The notes beneath the pieces were generated by a model that was not told the DNA's origin, ran no database searches, and worked only from the letters and a program-made list of their open reading frames with translations. From a virus, in the IMG/VR virus record IMGVR_UViG_3300031630_000008: a DNA stretch of 43,643 bases, one strand, 5' to 3'. Below are positions 36,398 through 43,643 of this stretch, piece after piece. The number at the start of each line of letters is the position of its first letter. Within the stretch, counting starts at the first letter, position 1. Position numbers and translations under genes: made by a program.

Positions 36398-38053
36398 ATG
36401 TCCGAATGGATAGACACCCATATTTCCTGCCCTCTATGCCCATCCAGTGATGGATACAGCGTGAACGATGAGGGTTGGGGTACATGTTTTAGCTGTGGCG
36501 GTAAGACTCCACCAGAAGACTCAACGAAGGCAACACGAATGACTAAAAGAACACCAAAGAAAGCACAATCCTTACTCGACACGGGTGTCTATAAGGCCCT
36601 AGTTAAACGAAACATTGACGACCATATCTGTAAGAAGTTTGGATACTCAATTGGAGAAGATAACCAAGGCAATACTGTTCAGATAGCAGCATATCGTGAC
36701 AACAACGGGCAGATAATTGCTCAGAAATTACGCTATGCAGGCAAGAAGTTCCTTAGTACTGGTGATATGAAGAGCGCCCTTATGTTTGGGCAGCACCTTT
36801 GGAAGGCAGGCGGCAAGCGTTTGGTAATTACCGAAGGTGAGATCGACTGCCTTGCCTATGCCACCGTGACCAACGGTACGTGGGCTGTGGTATCTGTTAA
36901 ATCAGGTGCCCAATCGGCCAAGGCTGATATCAAACAGCATCTTGAGTTCATTGAGAGCTATGAAAATGTCACCTTCCTGATGGATCAAGACGCACCGGGC
37001 ATTGAGGCGGCGCATGAATGTGCTGCATTACTCAGTCCCGGCAAAGCTTTCATAGCTACACTGCCACTTAAAGACGCTGGTGAAATGCTAGAGCAACATC
37101 GTGCTAAAGAATTAATGTCTGCAGTCTACGATGCTAAAGCGTTCAGACCTGATGGGATACTGTCCGGCGCGGACATCTCAATGGAAGACTTACTTGCGGT
37201 TGTAAAGCCGGGGTATTCAATTCCATATCCTGAATTAGGTAAGAAGTTACATGGTCTGCGTAAGCGTGAGCTAACCCTCATGACTGCCGGATCAGGCATT
37301 GGTAAGTCTACTCTCGCTAGGGAGATAGGCTACCACCTCGTTAAAGAGCACGGCCTTAAGATTGGCAACGTGTTCCTTGAAGAGTCCTACACCAAGACAG
37401 CACACGGTTACATTGCAATAGATAACAATGTTCCCTTGGGCCGCTTGCGTGAGGAGCCTAACTGCATCACACCAACTGCATACCAGAAGTCATTAGATGA
37501 AGTGGTTAAAACCCAATACTTCTATGACCACTTTGGCTCCATCGACTCAGCAAACCTCATATCAAAACTTAAGTACATGGCTACTAGCTTGGACTGTGAC
37601 TTCCTTATTCTGGATCACATATCAATCGTTGTGTCTGGACAAAAGTCTAGTGGTGAGGGTGAGCGGAAGGACATTGACCTACTCATGACCGCATTGCGTG
37701 GTCTGGTAGAACAAACAGGTGTTGGCTTAATTGCTATCACCCATCTTAAGCGTCCCGATGGTGGCCGTAAATCATATAACGAAGGTGGTCGAGTAACCCT
37801 GCAGGATCTGCGTGGTTCAGCATCACTGGAACAATTATCAGACAACATTATTGCCGTAGAGCGTGACCAACAAGGGGATAACCCTGACCAATCACGCATC
37901 CGTGTCCTTAAGAACCGTGAATTCGGTGACCTTGGGGAAGCTGATCTCAACGAATACAACCTAGTTACTGGACGCCTACTACCCGCCCCGGAGAGTAAGG
38001 CTCCTACTAGCTTTGGTGACTTCGATGATGGGGGTGACGATGTTCCGTTCTAA
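36398..38053 (+). CDS. Bifunctional primase-helicase, T7 gp4-like
   Basis: N-terminal Zn finger CPLCPSSDGYSVNDEGWGTCFSCG, TOPRIM-like ITEGEIDCLA, Walker A GSGIGKST, and LILDHISIV. Confidence 0.9.
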   Translation: MSEWIDTHISCPLCPSSDGYSVNDEGWGTCFSCGGKTPPEDSTKATRMTKRTPKKAQSLLDTGVYKALVKRNIDDHICKKFGYSIGEDNQGNTVQIAAYRDNNGQIIAQKLRYAGKKFLSTGDMKSALMFGQHLWKAGGKRLVITEGEIDCLAYATVTNGTWAVVSVKSGAQSAKADIKQHLEFIESYENVTFLMDQDAPGIEAAHECAALLSPGKAFIATLPLKDAGEMLEQHRAKELMSAVYDAKAFRPDGILSGADISMEDLLAVVKPGYSIPYPELGKKLHGLRKRELTLMTAGSGIGKSTLAREIGYHLVKEHGLKIGNVFLEESYTKTAHGYIAIDNNVPLGRLREEPNCITPTAYQKSLDEVVKTQYFYDHFGSIDSANLISKLKYMATSLDCDFLILDHISIVVSGQKSSGEGERKDIDLLMTALRGLVEQTGVGLIAITHLKRPDGGRKSYNEGGRVTLQDLRGSASLEQLSDNIIAVERDQQGDNPDQSRIRVLKNREFGDLGEADLNEYNLVTGRLLPAPESKAPTSFGDFDDGGDDVPF

Positions 38054-38064
38054 AAGGATTCAAA

Positions 38065-39927
38065 ATGAAAGTACTTGTCGCAGATCTGGAGGCCAACGGC
38101 CTTCTTGACACTATTAATCGCCACTGGTGCCTATCAGTTGGCGACCCTAAGACCGAAGAAATTACATGTTATGCAGACCAGCCGGGCTTTCCTCCGCTAG
38201 CAGAAGGCTATGCGTTATTGGCTACGGCAGACCGCGTAGTATTTCATAACGGTCTAGGGTATGACCTTCATGCTATCAACATGATCGTCCCTAACACGTT
38301 ACGGTTTGACCAAGTGTATGACACCTTGGTTCTATCGAAGATGCTCTTCCCTGACAGACGTTCCCACGCCTTAGCAGCGTGGGGTGAAGACCTTGGGTTC
38401 CCGAAGATGGACTTCTCTGACTTCTCCAAGTGGCATCCCATGATGGGAACCTATTGCAACCAAGATGTACTTGTCACCATGAAAGTATACAAGCGTCTGC
38501 AGAAGGAGCTACTAGGGTGGTTCAAGCTGAAGCAAGTGGACTGGCGTCCCGCCGTCAAGCTGGAACACAAGGTCGCATTCTGTCTCCACCTACAGGAGCA
38601 GCACGGCTTTAAGTTAGACATGCCTAAGTTAACCGAACTCTACATTGAACTGTCAGGTGAGAAGTTTGACATTGAGCGGGGGCTACAAGAGATGTTCACG
38701 CCTGTGATTATCCCTGAGAAGGGTACATGGGACTGGACGTTGAGACAGTGGAATCAAGTAGAAGTCACTGTACCGAAGGTTGGAAACAAGGGAAGGGGAG
38801 TTACTAAAGGTGTTCCATACACCAAGATTACTCTTCAACCTTTCAACCCCGGCTCACGCCCACAGTGTACCTACCGTATCAGTAAGGCTCACCTAGATTG
38901 GCAACCCGTCAAGCTTACACCCTCTGGTATCCCTCAGATTAATGAGGCTACCTTGAAGAACCTTGAGTACCCAGAAGCTGCCATCCTTAATCGCTACTTA
39001 CGAATCAGTAAGCAGCTCGGTCAGGTATCTGAGGGTGCTAATGCGTGGATGAAGCTAGAAAAGAATGGACGTATTCATGGTCGTGTTAACCAATGTGGCG
39101 CACGTACCCACCGTATGTCTCACTTCTCTCCTAACGTAGCTCAAGTGGACAAGAAGGACCTCCGAATGCGTGAGGTCTGGACTGCCAACACAGGCGATAA
39201 GCTTGTTGGTTGTGACGCTGAGGGTCTGGAGTTACGAGGATTAGCTAACAGACTATTCTTCTGGGACAAAGGTGCCTATGCCAAAGCCGTTATCTACGGT
39301 GACAAAGCGTTAGGTACGGATGCTCACAGTCGCACCATGAAGGCAGCAGGTATGCCCGACCGCGATTCTAGTAAGACACTAATTTACGCCACGTTATATG
39401 GTTCAGGTAACCCTAACCTAGGGCAGATCTATGTGTCCGCGTGGAAGAAGCACGGTGTTATTAAGAAGGGTCGGTTGCCGGGAATTGGTAAGCGTATTCG
39501 TGATGACCTAGCCAAGGGTATCAAAGGCTTAGATAAGCTTACTGAGCTATGTAAGAAGCGTACCCGTGAGCAGAGTTACCTTAAGAGTGCTGATGGTAGA
39601 GCCATTATTTCAACCTCAGAACACTCATCATTAAATAGTTTGCTGCAGTCCGATGGAGCTGTAGTTATGAAGGAGGCTCTAGCCCACTTTCACTTTGTCC
39701 TTTGTGTCCGTGAAGGACATGTAGACCCTACCACCTACTACCCTAAAACCTTCGACTACTGCGCCAACGTCCATGACGAAGTGCAGATGTCGGTACGTCC
39801 CGCTCACGCTGATGCTATTGGCAAACTGTTTGCTCAAGGCATTAAAGAAGCTGGTGAAAATTTAAACATGAATTGTGAGCTTGCAGGAGCTTATGAAATT
39901 GGAAACAACTGGAAGGATACCCACTAA
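38065..39927 (+). CDS. Family A DNA polymerase, T7 gp5-like
   Basis: ExoI VADLEANGL, motif A CDAEGLELR, motif B DSSKTLIYATLYG, motif C NVHDEVQ. Confidence 0.9.
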   Translation: MKVLVADLEANGLLDTINRHWCLSVGDPKTEEITCYADQPGFPPLAEGYALLATADRVVFHNGLGYDLHAINMIVPNTLRFDQVYDTLVLSKMLFPDRRSHALAAWGEDLGFPKMDFSDFSKWHPMMGTYCNQDVLVTMKVYKRLQKELLGWFKLKQVDWRPAVKLEHKVAFCLHLQEQHGFKLDMPKLTELYIELSGEKFDIERGLQEMFTPVIIPEKGTWDWTLRQWNQVEVTVPKVGNKGRGVTKGVPYTKITLQPFNPGSRPQCTYRISKAHLDWQPVKLTPSGIPQINEATLKNLEYPEAAILNRYLRISKQLGQVSEGANAWMKLEKNGRIHGRVNQCGARTHRMSHFSPNVAQVDKKDLRMREVWTANTGDKLVGCDAEGLELRGLANRLFFWDKGAYAKAVIYGDKALGTDAHSRTMKAAGMPDRDSSKTLIYATLYGSGNPNLGQIYVSAWKKHGVIKKGRLPGIGKRIRDDLAKGIKGLDKLTELCKKRTREQSYLKSADGRAIISTSEHSSLNSLLQSDGAVVMKEALAHFHFVLCVREGHVDPTTYYPKTFDYCANVHDEVQMSVRPAHADAIGKLFAQGIKEAGENLNMNCELAGAYEIGNNWKDTH

Positions 39928-40101
39928 ATGAATACCTATAACGTAACAATCGAACTTAGCATCACTAAAGACATAGCAGTTTACGCCTCATCTAAAGACG
40001 AAGCAGTCGAGGGTGCTATGGCTATGTTCTTTGAAGCCCCTGAAGACGATGAGAACTTCAACATGAAAGTCCAAGATGTTTCTATCATTGAGGATGAATA
40101 A
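39928..40101 (+). CDS. Possible 57-aa acidic protein
   Basis: The ATG immediately follows the DNA polymerase stop. Its stop overlaps the next start (TAATG). It fills the whole gap. Below the ORF-track size cut-off. Confidence 0.4.
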   Translation: MNTYNVTIELSITKDIAVYASSKDEAVEGAMAMFFEAPEDDENFNMKVQDVSIIEDE

Positions 40102-40880
40102 TGTACGGATTAATTGACGGCGACATCATCGCCTTTCGCAGCGCAATCTCAGCTCAAGAGAACTGGGATGATGAAATAGTAGTTGATAGTCGTAAGGCCT
40201 GTCGCAACGCAGACAAACTCATAGCTGAGTGGATGCATGGTGCTCGCGTTAAGAAACCTATCCTTTGTTTAAGCCCTAAGAATGGCGGTAACTTCCGTAA
40301 GGTTATCAACCCTGAGTACAAGGCCAATCGTAAGGGCGTGGACAAACCTGTTGTCTACAACAAAGTGATTGAGCATCTGGAAAAGAACTACCGTGTAAGT
40401 CGTATCGAAGGACTAGAAGCTGACGATGTGATGGGTATCTACGGAAGCATGCCTAGGCTTAAGGGGTCTGTCGTTATCACAATTGATAAAGACCTACTCA
40501 CTATCCCATGTAAGTTGTTCAACCCCTACAAAATGAAACGCCCACAGCTTATCCGTCAGTTCAGTGCGGATCACGCGTGGATGGTTCAGACGCTTATGGG
40601 TGACAAGACAGATGGTTATGCCGGAGCAAAAGGCATAGGCCCTAAGAAAGCCGAAGCTGCTCTTGCTGACTGCAACAGTGTTGCTGAAATGTGGGAGGCA
40701 GTTATCTCACTGTACCGTCAGAAAGAACAGACCGTAGAAGAAGCCTTACTCAACACACGTATGGCCCGAATCCTAAGACACGATGATTACGATTTAGAAA
40801 ACCACCGCATCAAACTATGGGGACCTAATGGTCACGATTGGTTGGAGCTAGAAGGAGAAGCAGATGGAGCACTTGTTTAA
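40101..40880 (+). CDS. 5'-3' exonuclease / flap endonuclease, T7 gp6-like
   Basis: GLEADDVMG, TIDKDL and LMGDKTDGYAGAKGIGPKKA (H3TH region). Confidence 0.85.
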   Translation: MYGLIDGDIIAFRSAISAQENWDDEIVVDSRKACRNADKLIAEWMHGARVKKPILCLSPKNGGNFRKVINPEYKANRKGVDKPVVYNKVIEHLEKNYRVSRIEGLEADDVMGIYGSMPRLKGSVVITIDKDLLTIPCKLFNPYKMKRPQLIRQFSADHAWMVQTLMGDKTDGYAGAKGIGPKKAEAALADCNSVAEMWEAVISLYRQKEQTVEEALLNTRMARILRHDDYDLENHRIKLWGPNGHDWLELEGEADGALV

Positions 40881-41007
40881 CGCACTAGGTGATCTAGTAC
40901 AGGCAGTCACATGGGCAGGCTTAACTCTGTTTGGCTTCTATCTGATGGACCTATTATTAAATCCTGGCATTGCCGAAACAGAAGACGAGAAGGACGAAGA
41001 AAAATGA
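40864..41007 (+). CDS. Possible 47-aa membrane protein
   Basis: SD AAGGAG upstream. Hydrophobic core WAGLTLFGFYLMDLLL. The stop overlaps the next start (ATGA). Below the ORF-track size cut-off. Confidence 0.3.
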   Translation: MEHLFNALGDLVQAVTWAGLTLFGFYLMDLLLNPGIAETEDEKDEEK

Positions 41008-41237
41008 TTATAAAATTTTATACCGAGGGGTGTTCCCCTTGTTACGCAATGTCTGTCCTCCTAGACAAGATGATGGTTGAGTACGATGAAATTGATATTG
41101 GTAAAGATATGGAATCGGCTATTGACCACCGTGTTAGTAGCGTTCCTACACTTATTAATACTGCTGATGGTTCTCGGTTGGTTGGCTTCAAAGATAAGAA
41201 AACGGTGGAGGATTGGATAAATGCTAATCACGGTTGA
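41004..41237 (+). CDS. Glutaredoxin/NrdH/thioredoxin-like redoxin
   Basis: MIIKFYTEGCSPCYAM contains a CxxC active site, followed by VPTL. 77 aa, immediately upstream of nrdA. The track start at 40911 was rejected. Confidence 0.65.
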   Translation: MIIKFYTEGCSPCYAMSVLLDKMMVEYDEIDIGKDMESAIDHRVSSVPTLINTADGSRLVGFKDKKTVEDWINANHG

Positions 41238-42984
41238 TTACTCACGCAACGAACTTCTCTCAGAGCAAGCTCATACCTTACTCACTGACTACTACTGTCG
41301 TGAGGGTGAGGACCCACAAGATGCATATGCCCGTGCCGCTACTGCATTCTGTCGTAACGACTACGAGTTAGCACAACGTATATATGACTATGCCAGTAAA
41401 GGCTGGTTCATGTTTTCATCACCAATCTTATCTAATGCCCCAGCGCAAGGAGAGAAAGTCCGTGGACTACCTATTAGTTGTTTCCTTAGTTACGTGCCTG
41501 ACAGCTTGGACGGTCTTATCGGACATAGCACCGAACTTAGATGGCTATCTGTTAAAGGTGGTGGAGTGGGCGGTCATTGGTCTGACATCCGCAGCGTTAG
41601 TGACGTTGCTCCTAGTCCGATACCTTTCCTGAAGACTGTCGATAGTGACATGACTGCCTACAGACAGGGCAAGACTCGCAAGGGTTCTTACGCTGCCTAC
41701 ATGGACATCAGCCACCCAGACATCATTGAGTTCATCAACATCCGTGTACCTACAGGTGGTGACCCTAACCGTAAGGCGTTCAATATTCACAACGCAGTGA
41801 ACATCCCTGATTCATTCATGGATGCTGTGAACGCTGGCGGTCAGTGGGATCTTGTAGACCCTAATGACCAAACAGTTCGGGACACAATCCCTGCTCGTGA
41901 CCTATGGGAACGTCTGATTGAAACGCGCTTCCGTACAGGTGAGCCTTACCTTAACTTCATTGATGAGGCTAACAGGCATCTACCACCAGCTATGAAAGAG
42001 AAAGGCTTATCCATTCACGGTTCAAACCTGTGCAATGAGATACACCTACCTACTTCAGCAGAACGTACAGCAGTGTGTTGTTTGTCTAGTGTGAACCTAG
42101 AGCATTACGAACACTGGAAGAACACCACTATGGTGGCTGACCTAATCGAGATGCTTGATAACGTCATTAGCTTCTTCTGTTTCCACGCACCTAAAGAACT
42201 CCGCAAGGCAGTCTTCAGTGCTACTCAGGAACGTAGCTTAGGCTTAGGTGCTATGGGTTTCCACTCAGCGTTACAACGTGCAGGCATTCCTTGGGAATCT
42301 CCAATGGCTACCTCGTACAACACTGACATGTTCACTCATATCAAAGCACAGGCTAAGGCTGCCACAGTCCACCTTGCTGAAGAGCGTGGTGCATGTCCTG
42401 ATGTTGAAGGTGTACGTAACTCTCACCTGATGGCTATAGCTCCTAATGCTAACTCTTCAATCATTGCTGGATGTTCAGCGTCCATAGAACCTTTGAAGTC
42501 CAACGCGTTTACTCACCGTACCCGTGTAGGTGCTCACCTTGTCCGTAACCCTTACCTTGATAAAGTCATTAAGAAACATGCTGAGTTATGGCATCTTAGT
42601 TCTAATGTCTGGGTGGAAGAACAGTGGACGTCAGTCATCTTAAATGAAGGCAGTGTACAGCACTTAAAGTGGATGGATGCTTGGGATAAAGAAATATACA
42701 AGACAGCTTTCGAGCTAGACCAAAGATGGGTAGTAGACCATGCAGCAGAACGTCAACCATACATCTGCCAAGGTCAATCCGTGAACCTATTCTTCCCAGC
42801 TGGGACAGATAAGGCTTACGTCAATGAGGTACACCTTCGTGCCTTCAACAAGAAACTTAAAGGACTCTATTACTTGCGTACAAGCGCAGGTGCTAAGGCT
42901 GATACTGTCAGCTTCAAGCCAACTCGTGTAGCTCTTACTGACTACGCTGTTGATGATGATGAGTGCCTGTCGTGTCAAGGGTAA
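41221..42984 (+). CDS. nrdA: Ribonucleotide reductase large (alpha) subunit, class I, apparently without an ATP-cone
   Basis: GSNLCNEI (active-site Cys), GLYYLRT (Tyr-Tyr radical path), and the C-terminal Cys pair CLSCQG. 587 aa. Confidence 0.9.
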   Translation: MLITVDYSRNELLSEQAHTLLTDYYCREGEDPQDAYARAATAFCRNDYELAQRIYDYASKGWFMFSSPILSNAPAQGEKVRGLPISCFLSYVPDSLDGLIGHSTELRWLSVKGGGVGGHWSDIRSVSDVAPSPIPFLKTVDSDMTAYRQGKTRKGSYAAYMDISHPDIIEFINIRVPTGGDPNRKAFNIHNAVNIPDSFMDAVNAGGQWDLVDPNDQTVRDTIPARDLWERLIETRFRTGEPYLNFIDEANRHLPPAMKEKGLSIHGSNLCNEIHLPTSAERTAVCCLSSVNLEHYEHWKNTTMVADLIEMLDNVISFFCFHAPKELRKAVFSATQERSLGLGAMGFHSALQRAGIPWESPMATSYNTDMFTHIKAQAKAATVHLAEERGACPDVEGVRNSHLMAIAPNANSSIIAGCSASIEPLKSNAFTHRTRVGAHLVRNPYLDKVIKKHAELWHLSSNVWVEEQWTSVILNEGSVQHLKWMDAWDKEIYKTAFELDQRWVVDHAAERQPYICQGQSVNLFFPAGTDKAYVNEVHLRAFNKKLKGLYYLRTSAGAKADTVSFKPTRVALTDYAVDDDECLSCQG

Positions 42985-42988
42985 TATT

Positions 42989-43510
42989 ATGAGTAAATTC
43001 ACAGCAGCACAGTTAGAAGAGCATTATGGTTATAGGGCTAGGGGCTATAAAGCAGAATACAATAGCGGTGCATGGTTCGATACTGATGGTGGCCCTGATT
43101 TTAATTCTAATACCGAGAACTGGCGTATCAAACCAGCCAAGAAAATCATCGATATGTCTCACTTGATTAAGAGTGGGATTGATTGTGAGTTTAGTGATGA
43201 TGCTAAGGTTTGGGGTATATCCCAGCTAGATGACGTAGTCCACGGAGGTGCTTTCTTGGACACTAGATGGATACCGTGGGAACACTGCCGCCCACGCATG
43301 AACCACAAGATGTTCCATGATGGTGGTGATTGTCCTTTGCCAGAAGGGTTTAAGGTAATGCCTATCTATCGTGACCCTGCGCTAAGTGTACTTCCTGTAC
43401 ATGCTAGTGAAGAGATTTGGGTTAGTTGTAACCTTCCCTATGAAGTCATAGGCTACGAAATCTTAGGGCTTGCTGATGGTTGGGCTTACCCTTGGGAGAA
43501 TAATCAGTGA
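42989..43510 (+). CDS. Hypothetical protein (173 aa) inserted between nrdA and nrdB
   Basis: ATG 42989 lies after the nrdA stop. The stop TGA overlaps the nrdB GTG start (GTGA). No motif recognised. Confidence 0.5.
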   Translation: MSKFTAAQLEEHYGYRARGYKAEYNSGAWFDTDGGPDFNSNTENWRIKPAKKIIDMSHLIKSGIDCEFSDDAKVWGISQLDDVVHGGAFLDTRWIPWEHCRPRMNHKMFHDGGDCPLPEGFKVMPIYRDPALSVLPVHASEEIWVSCNLPYEVIGYEILGLADGWAYPWENNQ

Positions 43511-43643
43511 GCCTACTAACCCCATCACTAGCATACAAACCCTTCTCCTATGCCAGCTTCGTCAATCAAGCAATTGAACATGACAAGCTCCATTGGGGTG
43601 AGTGGGAATGTGACTTAAATGAAGATGTAACTCAGTGGAAGTC
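43507..43643 (+). CDS. nrdB: Ribonucleotide reductase small subunit, 5' part (continues at nt 23 of the window)
   Basis: GTG 43507 lies 8 nt after GGGAG. The translation VSLLTPSLAYKPFSYASFVNQAIEHDKLHWGEWECDLNEDVTQWK runs off the window end in the same frame as 1..839. Confidence 0.75.
   Translation, partial: MSLLTPSLAYKPFSYASFVNQAIEHDKLHWGEWECDLNEDVTQWK
43622..43643. repeat. Terminal overlap identical to nt 1-22 (circular closure of the assembly)
   Basis: AAGATGTAACTCAGTGGAAGTC occurs at both window ends. Confidence 0.95.

Noticed and set aside
43622-43643. The 22-bp end duplication as a genuine direct terminal repeat.
   Set aside because: It lies inside the nrdB coding sequence and is far shorter than the direct terminal repeats expected for T7-like phages (T7 has roughly 160 bp). 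It is best explained as an assembler circularisation overlap.

Overview
The window is one complete, circularly closed genome of about 43.6 kb from a T7-like (Autographiviridae-type) podophage. Nt 1-22 are identical to nt 43622-43643, so the unique length is 43,621 bp. Every supported gene is on the + strand. Starting from the long non-coding region at 26953-27540, which is probably the physical-end and early-promoter region, the gene order is as follows. (1) A block of small orphan early genes with shared leaders. (2) An XRE-type HTH gene, a small ORF and a tyrosine integrase. (3) A T7-type single-subunit RNA polymerase encoded as two separate ORFs. (4) The replication module: gp2.5-like SSB, RusA-type resolvase, primase-helicase, family A DNA polymerase and 5'-3' exonuclease. 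(5) A nucleotide-metabolism block: glutaredoxin-like protein, nrdA, an unknown ORF, nrdB (which spans the window junction), phoH, an HNH-like ORF, thyX and a GNAT. (6) The structural module: gp6.7-like protein, portal, scaffold, capsid, tail tube A and B, and three internal virion proteins. (7) Two collagen-like fibre genes, a holin region and the small and large terminase subunits. I found no tRNA, rRNA, CRISPR array or transposon. The most unusual observations are: the naturally split RNAP, whose junction carries a 21-nt tandem duplication and a mini-ORF; a co-directional lysogeny module followed by a repeat-dense candidate attP/regulatory region; covarying hairpin leaders in the early region; about 306 uninterrupted G-X-Y triplets across two fibre genes; and a cadherin-like insert in tail tubular protein B. 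All protein calls come from motif and colinearity recognition by eye. No database search was run.
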